From: Eledone cirrhosa
Taxonomy: Eukaryota
Reading direction: 5' to 3'
DNA: 64,000 nucleotides
Assembly: GCA_964016885.1 (NCBI GenBank)
Contig: OZ024740.1
Span: 276,520,001 to 276,584,000 of the forward strand
The notes under the pieces were generated by a model. It was not told the DNA's origin. It saw nothing but the letters and a program-made list of their open reading frames with translations, and searched no databases. Below are positions 1-15,194 of the stretch, one piece after another (position 1 is the first letter of the stretch; each line of letters opens with the position of its first letter). The translations under genes and the position numbers were made by a program.

Positions 1-103
1 GCTAAGTGAACTGGAGCAATGTGAAATAAAGTCAAGAACACAACACAAAGCCCGGTCTCGAAAATCGGTCTCACAACCTCACGATGCTCTAACCACTAAG
101 CCA
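1..103 (-). mobile_element. tRNA-head SINE family B, 5' part
   Basis: Reverse complement reads tggcttagtggttagagc...gttgtgag, matching the copies at 7309-7660, 14339-14690 and 30412-30745. Confidence 0.7.
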
Positions 104-1216
104 TATATATAAACACACACCACCGCTACCCCCATATATATATATATAGACTAAAATAAAATTATTTCAGTCATATTACACCATAAAAAATTGCTCAATA
201 CAAGTACAGGTTAAAAACTATATTATGTAGAGCTTTATTTATACAAATTATATGTGGTTTAATTATGTATAGTATATTGAAAGTAAGCATTGTAAGCAAA
301 AGTAAACTTTGAAAGAAAAATATAATTTTACCTATAAACATATACATACATGTATATAATACAGACATGCAGATACACACACACACATATATATATATAC
401 ACACATATGCTACATATTTTCTCTAGACATGGATCTATATTTCTTGCATATATGATCTGATAAATTATTCATAACTATCAACCCATTGTCAGAGAGAGAG
501 AGACAAAGAAAGAGAGAACTAACAAAGGGTTATTGGTTTCATACATGCTGTCACCAAACATTTAAATCAAAATATATTAAGACCAACCAAATCTTCATTA
601 TACCTTAAATTACTTTCTGTAATTCTTTATAGTCAATCCTTTCATTATCATATTTCTGATTTAATACACTGCATATAATTCTCCATTGAGTTTGAAAATA
701 ATCAAAATTTGAAAGGATTATATAATATAGTGACTCTTTCAATATTATGTTAGAATTTGGAGCATAACTTTAAAATGTTCTTATATTTGATGAAAGGTTT
801 TTAGTTCAATATATACTTTTAAAAATAAATAATGTAGAACCGGTTGGCAGTTTCAGACAGTTTGGTATCAAGGGGTTAAATGTACTTGAACTTCAGAATT
901 TAGTATCAAAGATTAAAACTACAAAAGCTGTTATTTGAATAGTAATAGGAATAAATACTTCATAAATATCATGAGAATATTTCTTGAGGCTTAGTTCAAT
1001 GAATGACACAATGACAAAGAATATTTTTCAATTTAAGAATGATAATAGAAAAGATACAGTGTGTGTGTGTATATGTGTGTGTAAAACTTATTTTGTTTTC
1101 TTTATATATCATTTCATTTAAATAATTTTATATTGATATTATTATTGTATACATACATGTATGTGATGGATGCCTGTGCAAGTAACCATATTATATATAT
1201 GCACATATAGACATAC

Positions 1217-1272
<56 letters not shown>

Positions 1273-1273
1273 T

Positions 1274-1395
<122 letters not shown>

Positions 1396-1833
1396 CACCA
1401 TTTGATGATGATCGGATTGTGTGCATTAAAGTAGATGGTAAATATTACCAAAATCTCTACAAACAGAAAAAAAGATGGAGGGGAACAAACAGAACAACAA
1501 GGAACAACCATAAAACATCATCTTCACTCATTACTGATGGTGACAACATATGGAAAATTTTCTGTGTGTCTACCCTGTTGTTTTGTATCATATTACATGC
1601 AACCTTCCTAAGGATGAAGAATCCTTTGACATTGACATTGTGGAATAGATCATTGATATCAGTAATGGAGCTGAAATCACACAGTATCCATTCCAGTCTG
1701 ATGAGTGAAGATTTTGTTATGTTTGTTCTCTGTCATATTTGTTCCCATCTCTGTTTATTGTGCAGAAATTTTGGTAATATATATATGTGTGTGTGTGTTA
1801 TTATATGTACTTTTCTCACTCTCTCTCTCCCTC

Positions 1834-1870
<37 letters not shown>

Positions 1871-1899
1871 TATTATATGTACTTTTCTCACTCTCCCTC

Positions 1900-1986
1900 T
1901 CTCTCTCTATATATATATGTGTGTGTGTGTGTATATATAAATATATATGTGTATATGTATATATATGTGTATATGTGTATATAAAA

Positions 1987-2044
<58 letters not shown>

Positions 2045-2119
2045 ATATATATGTATATATATATATATATGTGTGTATATATATGTATATATAAATATAT
2101 ATATGTATATATATATATG

Positions 2120-2214
<95 letters not shown>

Positions 2215-2242
2215 GTATGTATGTATATATATGTATGTATAC

Positions 2243-2273
<31 letters not shown>

Positions 2274-2310
2274 CATATATATGTATGTATGTATATATAT
2301 GTATGTATAC

Positions 2311-2341
<31 letters not shown>

Positions 2342-2610
2342 CATATATATGTATATATATGTATATATATGTATACATATATATGTATATATATGTATAT
2401 ATATGTATATATAAATATATAAATGTATTCATATATATATATATGTATATATAAATATATAAATGTATTCATATATATATATAAATGTATTCATATATAT
2501 ATATATGTATATATAAATATATAAATGTATTCATATATATATATAAATATATATATGTATTCATATATATATGTATATCTATTTGTATGTGTATATATAT
2601 ATATATATAG
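1900..2610. repeat. Long compound (TA)n/(TATG)n microsatellite, representative of dozens of (TA)n and (CA)n tracts in the window
   Basis: Directly visible; the source of the [12 protein letters not shown] pseudo-ORFs. Confidence 0.98.
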
Positions 2611-3094
2611 TTTAGCGAGGTTTTTTATATGAAATCGTGTGTCGAAACAAATATTGTTATACTTGGGGAGGGTCATATTTGTGTAATATTGTCAGAATTA
2701 ATAACAGAACACACTCACTGTTTGGTTGGTTTTCGCTTCTCGCTGTCTTTTATATCTGCCAGTCAATGGCAACATTGAGGACCGATTAAGTTAGATCGCA
2801 GATATAAAAGACAGCGAGAAGCGAAAACCAACCAAACAGTGAGTGTGTTCTGTTATTAATTCTGGCAGTGGATTGGCAGTATCGGTAGAGGGTCGGACGC
2901 CATGCTTTCCAGCATAGTTACGTCCCTTTACGATCTGAGTTCAAATCCTGCCGAGGTTGACTTTGCCTTTCATCCTTACGGGGTCGATAAAATAAAGTAC
3001 CAGTAATGCACTGGGTAATTGCTGGCCTTGTGCCTAAAGTAGAAACAGTTATTAATTCTGGCAATATTACACAAATATGACCCTCCCCAAGTAT

Positions 3095-3100
<6 letters not shown>
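2609..3100. mobile_element. Fold-back repeat element in (TA)n, interrupted by a SINE
   Basis: Arms ~2651-2759 and 2798-2867 plus 3064-3100 are reverse complements. The same family recurs at 58760-58951. Confidence 0.8.
2868..3047 (+). mobile_element. tRNA-derived SINE family A (~185 bp) with 16-bp target-site duplication
   Basis: A-box-like tggcagtatcggtagag, B-box gagttcaaatcc, body gcctttcatccttacggggtcgataaaataaagtacc. TSD gttattaattctggca at 2852-2867 and 3048-3063. Confidence 0.9.
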
Positions 3101-3164
<64 letters not shown>

Positions 3165-3176
3165 ATATATATATAT

Positions 3177-3408
3177 TTATTAAAATAACAGATTAAAGAT
3201 TAAGCAAAGAATCGCTGCTTTCATCCTTAACGGGATCTTCTGAAACTTTCAGAAGATCCCGTTAAGGGTGAAAGCAGCGATTCTTTGCTTAAACGTTAAT
3301 CTGTTATTTTAATAAATATTTGCTCTACGGTTCTTATATATTTGATATATATTTATCCCAATCGAGCCCTCTTTGGATTTTAGTCTTCAAATTTATTATT
3401 ATTACTAT

Positions 3409-3410
<2 letters not shown>
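3177..3410. mobile_element. Fold-back of a PLE terminal sequence (same as the ends of the 35190-37280 element)
   Basis: Palindrome centred near 3247. Sequence nearly identical to 37113-37275 and to 35196-35266. A diverged copy lies at 27790-28000. Confidence 0.85.
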
Positions 3411-3477
<67 letters not shown>

Positions 3478-3518
3478 ATATTTATATATGTATATATATT
3501 TATATATGTATATATATT

Positions 3519-3937
<419 letters not shown>

Positions 3938-4074
3938 TAAATGCATAGCAAGTTATTATCTCTTTAATCTTTTATACTGTCTTTATTTTTCGTTATTACT
4001 CAACGGTTTTCTGAAATGTTTATGCTTAATATATCTATTTACAGAATTTTGCGTAAATTCTACTTATTTTGCAG

Positions 4075-4122
4075 ACAATCACAACCAGATGTATGTTGAC
4101 CGCACACAAGGATCTCCAGATT
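4075..4122 (+). CDS. MEF2: MEF2 internal coding micro-exon (48 nt, phase 1-1): [16 protein letters not shown]
   Basis: Acceptor tacttattttgcag (AG 4073-4074) and donor gtaagt at 4123. Open in a frame that splices in phase onto the 7144 exon (T+AT = Tyr). Assignment to MEF2 rests on phase and position only. Confidence 0.6.
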
Positions 4123-4207
4123 GTAAGTTGACATATTACCTTTTATATATTATATTTTGCCTTTCGCTATATTTTGTATTTCAACACTTATACACACACA
4201 TATATAT

Positions 4208-4242
<35 letters not shown>

Positions 4243-4520
4243 ACGAACTAAGGAAAAAATTAGAGATAAGAGGGATCAGATGTTGTTTACTCGAGAGAAG
4301 GCTGCGTTGGTATGGACACGTGATGCGCATGAAAGTCGATAGCTGTATAACAAAGTGCAGGGCAATAAAGATAGACGGTAGTCACGGAATAGGCAGACCT
4401 AGAAAAACCTGGGACGACCTGATAAACTCCGACATCACACACTTACACCTCTCCAAGACAATGTCACTGGACCAAGACCTTTGGCGGTACTCAGTAATAG
4501 AGAAGACCCGCCTTACCTAA
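4243..4520 (+). mobile_element. RTE-clade LINE 3' fragment
   Basis: Translates NELRKKLEI...[12 protein letters not shown]...GRPRKTWDD, the canonical RTE ORF C-terminus. Confidence 0.85.
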
Positions 4521-4619
4521 ATATATAGTAAAACCTACTCCAGCCAGTAGGCATCTCTAACAAAATACACCCCGTCCCCACCACCCCCACCCCCACCCCA
4601 TCCACACCACCCCGTTCTA

Positions 4620-4923
4620 TGTAAAGTTATGTTGGTGCCGCGCCATCGAGGCCGAAACAAATGAGATCGTGTAGGTGTCACGACAAAAAAACACACAGTC
4701 CACGCTGTAATGTGGCCGTGTAGGCAACACGGTAAAAACCTCCCAGACCCACACTGTAAATGTGGTTGGTGTTAGGAAGGGCATCCAACTGTAGAAAACC
4801 TGCCAGACAGTCCTATGCGAGCAAGACAATCACTCTTGCCTCAAGTGGGACTACCCCCGTCCAAACCCATGCAAGCGTGGAACACGGACGTTAAACGTTG
4901 ATGATGATGATGATGATGATGAT

Positions 4924-4956
<33 letters not shown>

Positions 4957-5272
4957 GGTAAAGTGGTCATGATGATGACACAGTAAAAAGCACCCAGCCC
5001 ACTGTAAAGCGATCGTGTAGGTGTCATGACAAAAAGCACTCTGTCCACACTGTATAGTGGTCGTGTTGGTATCATGATAAAAATTACCCAGTACTCACTG
5101 TGAATGAGGTTGTCATTGGGATGGGCATCCAGCTGTAGAAATCAAGCCAAAATCGGTTCTGTATGAGCAAGACATGGTCACCTGACCTAACATTGCCCAC
5201 AACAGGACAACTCGTCTAACCCATGCCAGCATGGAGAAATGGACGTAAAACGATGATGATTATGATGATGAT
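4620..5272 (+). mobile_element. Two tandem copies of a SINE/LINE-tail repeat ending in (GAT)n
   Basis: Shared gggcatccagctgtagaaa...ggacgttaaacgatgatgat. The same tail occurs at 30600-30745, 47540-47600 and 57730-57905. Confidence 0.75.
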
Positions 5273-7143
5273 ATATATATATACACAATATTATATATAT
5301 ATATATACAGAGAGAGAGACATACACGCATGTACATGTACATATGTATGCAAAAATTAAATGGAAACAACAAATCAAACACAGTATAATGAAGAAATGTA
5401 TTAGTTAAATGCTTGATAGAATGCATCAGAATATAGAATGAGAAATAAAAGATGAAATAACAAGATAGAGAGTGAGAAGTGAAAAAAGAAAATTGAGAAA
5501 AAACACGTGTGTATTTAGTCAACCATATTGGAGAACATAAAATTATTTTTACATTTAAAACACATATAAAGAAGGGAAAATTGTATACCAGTTTCTATTT
5601 TTTTTTTATTGAAACAAACTGAGACTACGGTGATATATAGCATGTCAAATGTTAAGCATGAATTCATTTAAACAAATCTTGTTATCACAATACCTTACAG
5701 ACCTTAAAAAATACATAGTGTATAAATTCATAAAAGAGTTTTGCTTATAACAACCAGATTGTTCAGAGTTTGATCCTACTGCACAGTCTTAAGGTGCAAG
5801 TATTTTCTACCATACCATAATGTGAAAGGAATTTGGTAGACAGAAACTATGCAGAAGCCTATCACTAAGTGCCTGTGTGTGTGATGATGACTAATATGCG
5901 TACACATAAAAATAGTGGTCATGATGATGTTCAAACATCAGGGAAATTAAATAAATCAAACTGTAGAAAGTTTTACACCCATATGAAGATAAATATTCTA
6001 ATAGATATTAAGATGGTTTGTTAATTGGATAAATGGGAAATTTACAATTTTGTTTATATGTTTGTTCCATTGGTGAGAGGGGCTTTTCGTTTCTAAATTT
6101 GAACAAAGTTTTGTTATAGATTTATTTCTCTTTATATTATATATATGTTTTAGTTATAGTGGTGATTAATTAACAATCTAAAGTCATAATTTATGATAAA
6201 TTTTCAGTTTAGGTCATGCACCATGTCCTCAACATTTTGATTGACATTGTACTCTTTTTTTCTTTTACATGGTCCCTGTCACCCCCACCCACCCCCCACC
6301 CACCCCATGTTTCACCCCACATATTACTCACTTCAAATCTGCTTTGGCAAGTAGAAATATGTAAAAATGTTAGATTTGATATATGAGAGATAGTAAGAGC
6401 TGGTGTGATTAAATTGACCTTAAATCATTCCTAACATGTGTAGTTTGTTACAAAGCTTGGAATCCTTTGTTGACACACTGTTGAGTCATAAAGACACAGC
6501 ATTTGGACCCATCTATACTAGATTGTAAGCAATAACATATTAACTGCCTTGAAATATAAATTTAACAACAAAGAGACCTATATTATTTTATTTATTTATT
6601 TTTGTTGGATTTTCTTCACTGTTTTAATCACGAAAGAAAGAGCAACACTCATAGTTATTTTTAGAGCCTCAAAATCTTGTTGGAGGGAAGAAGAAAGTTA
6701 TTCTCAAACTAGATTGCCTGAGCTGAATGCTTGAAACAGAATGGGCTCTCCCAAAAGCACCCAAGGGCCATGTGGTTGAATTAAACTGGGTGATGAATGA
6801 AGACTACCCCCGGGTAGGTTGCCACAAGATTTGAAGTCAGAATGCAGAACAAATACTGAAAGGCATTCCATTTACTGCTCTTATAATTCTACCAGTCCAC
6901 CACTCTAGATTAATATTTTATTGATTGATCTCAGAAGAATAAACGACAAACTTAAACTTGGTAGGATTTCAGTGTAGAACATAAAGAGTAGAAATAAATA
7001 CAGCAAGGTATTTCAGCTGACTCTTTAACATTTTTGTCAATTTGTTACCATATCTTTTCCTCTCCCGTATCATGATAATATTAGTAAATATGTTGCATTA
7101 TCATTATCAACCAATATACTCTTACACTCTTTTGGAATTTCAG

Positions 7144-7258
7144 ATGACTTTGCTCTCAACACCGATCTTAGCGGAATGACCAATTACAACCACTGGGGAA
7201 GCCAAGGTCCACAGCCTCCACCTGGATCTTTACAAAGCAATATGCATATATCTACAGG
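7144..7258 (+). CDS. MEF2: MEF2 internal coding exon: (Y)DFALNTDLSGMTNYNHWGSQGPQPPPGSLQSNMHIST(G)
   Basis: Acceptor aattttcag, donor gtaag at 7259. 115 nt, GC-richer than flanks, open frame. DFALNTDLS resembles the DYSLxSADLS segment of MEF2 transactivation domains. Ends in phase 2, matching the final exon. Confidence 0.8.
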
Positions 7259-7308
7259 GTAAGATATCAGATATATCCTTATAAATAAATATATATATAT
7301 ATATATAT

Positions 7309-7660
7309 ATCATCATCATCATCATCATCATTTCATTTTACGTCCGCTTTTCCCTGCTTGCAGGGGTGGGACGAGAACTGATTCTGGCATGATTTCTACA
7401 GCTGGATGCCCTTCCTAACACCAACCTCATTTACAGTGAGTGCTGGGTGCTTTTTTGCCGTGGCACCTCCACGACCACTTTGCAGTGGAATGACAGGGAC
7501 CCCAGTCCCTATCATCTCATTTCTACAGCTGAGTAAACTGGAGCAATGTGAAATAAAGTGTCTTGCTCAAGGAAACAACACATCACCCAGTCTGAGAATT
7601 GAACTCACAACCTTTCGATTGCAAGGCTAATGCTCTAACCACTAAGCCATGTGCCTCCAT
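7309..7660 (-). mobile_element. SINE family B, full length (~340 bp; tRNA head, ccttgagcaagacact domain, (GAT)n tail)
   Basis: Near-identical to 14339-14690 (-) and 30412-30745 (+). Confidence 0.85.
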
Positions 7661-7661
7661 A

Positions 7662-7745
<84 letters not shown>

Positions 7746-7785
7746 TATATATATATATATTATATATATATATATTATATATATA

Positions 7786-7821
<36 letters not shown>

Positions 7822-7823
<2 letters not shown>

Positions 7824-8005
7824 ATGGTGGCTGCCAACTCGTTTTGGAGTACGGCCACTACTTTATATCCATGTAGGAGAACCCCTACCGATGCGCTGAA
7901 CAAGTGTGACTTTTTAGTCCAGCCAGCGACTTGAAAACTCTGGTACAAACACTACACTTGTGACAATTATTGACACATAGTGCTGGGCCCATGGTATCAT
8001 GTGAT
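7822..8005 (-). mobile_element. LINE 3' fragment with C2H2 finger (RTE/BovB-like)
   Basis: Encodes [17 protein letters not shown], isolated between (TA)n tracts. Confidence 0.55.
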
Positions 8006-8066
8006 GACGTATATATACATACGTATATATATATACGTATATATATATACATATATATATATATAC

Positions 8067-8169
<103 letters not shown>

Positions 8170-8400
8170 CACACACACATATACATATATATATAAATCA
8201 TTTTATAATTTTCATTTTATACATTTTTGATTTATCAGCTGTAGGATATATCCATAAACATTTCAACAGGTGAAAATATTAAAATATGATATTAAATTGT
8301 GATGGTTAACATGAAATATCTCTGATATGAATAATAATTAATGATATCTAACAAAAACAACTCAAAATATCATTTGAATAGAAGACTCTTGGGGGCATTG

Positions 8401-8439
<39 letters not shown>

Positions 8440-8682
8440 TTTTAGCTTCAATTTTCTTATTGAGCAATTATAGAGCCGCATAATCATTATGTATATTATA
8501 TTGATATTATTTGATATATATATAAATTATCAACATGGGTAGGTAACAGATTATATTTAGAATAATAAATAATAATAAATGTATATATATATATATATAT
8601 ATATATTAAACTGCAATTAATGTTGACACACTTTAACTAACATCTTCTAAGTGAGTTTTGTGGTCTTGATTTGCTTAAATAA

Positions 8683-8721
<39 letters not shown>

Positions 8722-10151
8722 TCATATATATGTATGTGTGTGTGTAGGTATATGGCTATATATATATATGTGTGTGTGTTCATATAGAATTATATATATA
8801 TATATATATATATTCTTTCTTGCTTGTTATATAAATTATGAGGGCATCATCATTTTGGTTGAGTTATGGAAATGTATAGAATTTTACTCTCTTCTTTCCA
8901 ATTGGATTAATTTTGTCTATCCAATGTGTTTTTTTTAAAGAGTGGAGTAAATAAATATCTTCAGCTTCCATTCTAGTGCTTCCCAATTCCTTTATTATAA
9001 ACTTTATCTTGAAATTATGCTTTTGGAAGGATAGGTTGGGAAGAGTAATTTCTTTTTTTAAATGGAAATTTTTAGGAAAGTAAACAATGAATAATTTTTT
9101 TAATAGCTTTGTCAAAATTTGGAGCCAATAAACAAAAAGGATAAAATTTAAAGAATTGAAAAAACAGAAGAAAGATAGAATAAGATGATGAATGGATTGA
9201 GTATGGAAAATTAGAAAGAGGAATGAGAAATGAGGAAGAGAATAAATTTGTGTGTAATGTGAGAAGGAAAAAAAATAGTGAATTCAAAAAATAAACAAGA
9301 AAGACAATATTTACACTCACACACACACACATACATATGTGTGAGTATACATATATATATATATATATATTGGGTCATCAAGTTTGAAATTTGTAAAGAT
9401 TTGTTCTTTTTTTACAAATTTCTACAAATTTCATACTTGATGACCCAATAAATATATATATATATATATATGTGTGTGTATGTGTGTAATGACAGGGGAA
9501 GGAAAAAATAAAAGAAAGTGAAAAAACTAAGTTGGGTGAAAGAAAGAAAATTTGAGAGGGCGATATCGTAGAGAAAGAATAAGCATGCTAGCGTGGAAGA
9601 TAGACGTTAAACGATGATGATGATAAAAGAGAGAGAATCTGAAGAAGGCCATAAAAATATAAGAATATGTAAAATGATGAATGATGCCTGAAAAATATCC
9701 GAGACAAGCAGAAGGTTTCTGAGGATAGGATTTCTTTTCTTCTGGTTTCAGTGAAGTACCATGGGAAAGATTCATGGAGCGACACTTTGAGCTGAAGAGC
9801 AGCAGACCCTTATATGTATAATTTCTGACTTTCAGTGCCTTGCTATAGTTGCACTCCTCAAGATGGCCTAAAACCGATTGACTGGACATAGGCTTAAAGT
9901 CTTCAATCAAAAACAATAAGCAGTCACAAGACATTTGCAATGCTATGCAATAAGGCAATGCAAAATGCAAAATTTAAAAAAAAATTGACTAATTTGAAAG
10001 GTAAAAGAATAAAAGAAAGACAGAAGGAAAAGTGAAAAGGGTAGTCATGAAAAAATACTGAGAAGTGAAAGTCCTTACTTTGTTGTACACCCTCCTATCT
10101 CCCTGTAATTGCCTACAAAGAGACACAAAATAATTCACACACACTAATATA

Positions 10152-10260
<109 letters not shown>

Positions 10261-13200
10261 TATTTATACACACATATATATATATATATATATATACATA
10301 CATACAGACATATATATATATATGGGAAGAAAAATGAAAAAACAATGTGAATAGATCATCTTTTGAGAATTACCAATACATGGACGGATTTCTTGATGAG
10401 GAAGACTTGTGATATGTCCACAGGAACAGGCTTGTCTAGAGCAAGGCCATGTTGGTTTATTGATCTTTATGAAAAAATAAGTGAAAGAAAGAAATAATTT
10501 ATATTTTTTTCTAAAAGAATATAGGAAGAAAGGAAGAGAGACTGAAAGAAAGAAATGTGGAAAATGTAAATTTTATGAATGAATATTTTCCATGATCAAC
10601 TATAACAAAAAAGAATATTGTTACTTGTCTAGGTTTGTTTGTTATAGATGAACAAAGATATCAAATACAATAATGGTAATAATAATAATGATAATAGTAA
10701 TAATAATGATAATAATAATCTGTAACCTTGAAGATCGACAGACACTAGCTATAGGACAGTTTAAGTGAATCAGAATTTTGAAGAAAAAAAAATGAACCAA
10801 CATTGAATTGAAAATTATCCAGTTTAACTTTCTTTAATGGCACAGACGGTCTGTTTTAGCAAAGAATTCTAAAAAATATTGTCCTTAAGGCATAACCAAA
10901 ATATCTTATAATCTTATAAAGAATACTGCAGATACTAAGCCAACAAGAACAAACAATTGATTGAACAATTAAACATTTTATGAGTCAGTTAGGGATCTTC
11001 TATTTAGCTGCAGAGCTTGCAAGAATTATCAGCCAAATCTCCCTCAAATGACACCTTGCTGTCTTGAAAAAAAAAAAGAAAGGACATATTGGATGATGTA
11101 GTTTATTGCTAGATGTGGTGGGCATGACAGGAACACTTTCAATGATAGTTTAGTTTTATCAGGACCGATCTGGAGTCAAATAGCACAGGAATCAGGAAAT
11201 CAAAATTCCATTGAGTATGTGAATCAATAAAGGAACCTCTATGTGGTTGTTTGCACTGCTAGAAATAGCAGTTAAATTTCATTCAAATCAGACCCTACTA
11301 TCTTTGAAAAAAGAGAAAATAGGAGAGGACACATTGGATGATGCTACTGTAGATGCGTTATGATTGGACAAAAGGGAAAATATAAACAGGATTATGATGG
11401 CTAGAAGACCTTTGGTCCTAAGTCTGCTCCAACAGGACTGGCCTAGAACGGATCATCAACAAATACAAATATTTATTGGTGTCAATTGTTTTCACTTTTT
11501 TCTCTCTATGTGTATAACAAACATTATGATGTGTACATACCATACATTATCAGTGCCAAAAAAAAAAACAACGAACACAACAAGCCTTTATATGGTCACT
11601 CAACCAGCTTGAAATATCAGCCAAATTACCTTTAAATCACCCCTTACCATCTTAACAATTGGAGGTCATAATGGATAATATAGTCCTGAGCACATTGTCT
11701 GAAATTAAGATGGAGTGGTCATAGCTGAAATGCTTTGTACATGGGTCTGCTTTATCAGAGCTGCATGGTGCTCAACAGCAACTACAACAAAAAACAAATA
11801 CCTGCATCAAATTCTCTAATACATCTAATGTTGAAATATTCCAGATAATGTTTGGATTCTTAATGAAATCATATATAAATTTGCATCCTAATTTTAATAT
11901 TGAAAATTCAACAGGATTGGGTGTGGTTGAATCCCATAACAGATTGCTACCATATAAGTACCACTACTAAAACACTTTTGTCCTCAAGTAATATTACACG
12001 AGGCATGAGGTTTTGGTATAATACACTCTTCAGTCAGTGATTTACAAGCATAGAATGAATTGTACTCTGCACTGCAGGCTAAACCTCCACCTCTGCCCTT
12101 TTTCTTTTACTTGCCACCTGTCCAAGTGGCAACACATTTTCTCCTTTCTTCACTCTCAGACAAATGGCAAGGCTTGAAACTTTAGTATCAACACTGCTCC
12201 TCTATGGCAAAAGAACTTATTGAACTCTCTATTAACAAAAAAAAACAAAAAAAAAATACACTTGTCAAATTTTCTGTACATTGTGAAACTATTTATAGCA
12301 TTGAGGAGTTGTTTGTTGTTTCATTTTGTGGCTACATGGACCAATTCATTTGAGTATTGGTCAAATGTTTCGGTCATAGGCATGATAATGTCAGACACAG
12401 GAATACAGAGCACCAATTTCTTAGCTGTCCATTATTCAATTGACACAGCTATCCCTCCTCTCCAACATGATTGACATAGCACTAAATTTGGACAGATACT
12501 ACCTACTATGAACCCATAGGCCATGCATCTCTTTAATATTTTGTACACCATTGATCTTCATTGATGTACTTTTGCACATATGCATATCTTGGCCTGAACT
12601 TTACACCAACTGTTTTGTCCTATTCCTTGTTATGTGTATAAAACTGTTGTATATTTCTTTTCCCTTTTGTTGTTATTATTATTATCATTATTACTGTTCT
12701 TCTCCCTGTCGTGTTTGCTTTATTTCCTTAATGAAGTGTGAGAGGCAAATTGTGTTTAGATAGTGGAAACCTTGAAGCTTTCATAAACCATTTGAACTAA
12801 TTCAAGTGTAAACATTATGTTTCATATTTGTATTAGAAAGGTCATTTATATAGAAAGCATCTTACTGTCACACCATCAAACTTGTTATAATTAGTTATAA
12901 TAAATAAACTAACTGGGCTACCTTCCATACAATATGATGTATTGTAAATATAAATGTAAATGACTATCAAAGCTTAACTTAAGAGAAATAAAAGACAGAG
13001 TTGATCTCAAGTGGATTTGAACTCAGAACATAAAAGGATATAATTAAACTGTGCAAATTACTAGGGAGAAAGAATTCGATTTTTTTTAATGGCTTAGTCA
13101 GTAAAGAAAGTGCATCACACTTGATCATTTTCACAGAGCAATGCCAGCACACAAGATTAATCTTAGTATTAATACAATGAATATTACAGCCAACCATCCC

Positions 13201-14338
13201 AGCAAGGTAAACCAAGAACAAAATGAAGGGAAATTATGATGGTTTTGATAGTTAATTTTGAACACTAATTTTTTGTATTTCTATCTTTGTTGAATCAAAA
13301 GACTTTCCAACTAATTAAACATCTAATCAACTGACAGCTCAACATTTATTCCTGATCTGTTAGTTATAAATGTCATTTTGTGCTTCTGTTTATACTATTA
13401 AAGCATTTATTAGTATGATTTCTGATAGTTTTGAGGTGCCATATTTTTATAAGAACATTCCTTCACACACATACAACTAGGTAATCTTATATATAACTAT
13501 GTTCTGCTGCAGATTTTTAAAACCTCTTTTTGTGGTTTTCCATATTATGCATTATTTCTCATATACATTATTTCTCATATACATTATTTTTTTTTATATC
13601 AATAAGCAGTATTAGTTTCAGTATATACACTATGGGACTTTCACAAAGACAAACACCTTTAGCCAAGATCTTGTATACAATCTTTGATTGTAAGACAAAG
13701 AAACAGTGATTCAAACCAATGAAAACTAGTCTAAAAAGTAAAGAGGAGTGAACAAAATTCTTAGTCTAATAAGTCTCTCTATATATATATGTATAGCAGT
13801 ATATACAATTGACATTTTCACTGTTGTTTTCTCTGAGTTTCATGCCAACAGTTTTCAAAACAAATTTTGTTTCGAAAAGTGGTAGCATGAAACTCGGAGT
13901 AAAGAATAAGAAAACATCAGATATATGTGCTCATATTACTATTATTAGCTCTACTTTAAGTATTGAGTACTTTTTATTTATGTTTGTAACACAGGCATAT
14001 ATATATGTATGCATGTATGTATACATGCATACATGTTACCTTTTCTTAATTATTTGAATTCTTCCAATAAAGAAGTAACTAGTTTCTAACAAAGAAACAT
14101 ACCTCCATTGTTAGAATTTAGATAACAGCATTGGTTAAGAGTTACTTGTTGAACTTTGGAAAAATCTGGCATATTTGTATTGTTCCCCTTTCAGATTGTA
14201 TTTGCAAAGTGCACTTTAGTTGGTCATTTTCTTTTCTTGAAAATCCCAGTTTTATTTTTTTTTTTAAAGATTACCACATGTGCATGTATGTGCAAGTGTA
14301 TGTATGTATTTATATATGTATGTAGGTTTGTATCTATA

Positions 14339-14690
14339 TCATCATCATCATCATCATCATCATTTCATTTTACGTCCGCTTTTCCCTGCTTGCAAGGGTG
14401 GGATGGGAACTGATTCTGGCTTGATTTCTACAGCTGAATGCCCTTTCTAACACCAACCTCATTTACAGTGAGTACTGGGTGCTTTTTTGTGGCACCTCCA
14501 CGACCACTTTACAGTGGAATGATATGGACCCCAGTCCCTATCATCTCATTTCTACAGCTGAGTAAACTGGAGCAATGTGAAATAAAGTGTCTTGCTCAAG
14601 GAAACAACACATCACCCGGTCTGAGAATTGAACTCACAACCTTTTGATTGCAAGGCCAATGCTCTAACCACTAAGCCATGTGCCTCCATA
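14339..14690 (-). mobile_element. SINE family B, full length
   Basis: Near-identical to 7309-7660. Confidence 0.85.
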
Positions 14691-15194
14691 TATATATGTA
14701 TATGTATGTATGTTTATATGTATGTATGTATGAATGTATGTATAAAGTAAAATAGCACCCGAGGATAACAGGAAAATATACCAGAAAAAATATAATGTCG
14801 AAAGAATCATAAACAAAAAAATGCTGATATTGATACTTTCAAGATGTTAATTACTGGTTTTTATTTATTCCTTTCATGACAAGTTTCACTTCAGATCTGC
14901 ATTAATATTAACCAATTAGAGAAAAAAACATGGGAAAGAACATCAAACTGTTTTAATTAGATAATCAAACTTAATATTCTTTTCTTTTTTAATTTCTGTG
15001 TTATTAATTGTTGTTTGTTGTCTGATCTGACCTGATGAATTAATTTAATTTTTTTTTTGTTTAGATGTTGTTGCTGTTGTTCATTGTTTTTTTTAAATTT
15101 ATCTAAATATTTGTATCGTTATTTTTGTTTATTTGTTCATTCGTTTATTTATCTATCAATTTATTTATTTATTTACTTTTTTTGTATTCATCAG

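Noticed and set aside
7885-7975. Host C2H2 zinc-finger gene exon
   Set aside because: Single degenerate finger with no splice context; better explained as a LINE C-terminal fragment.
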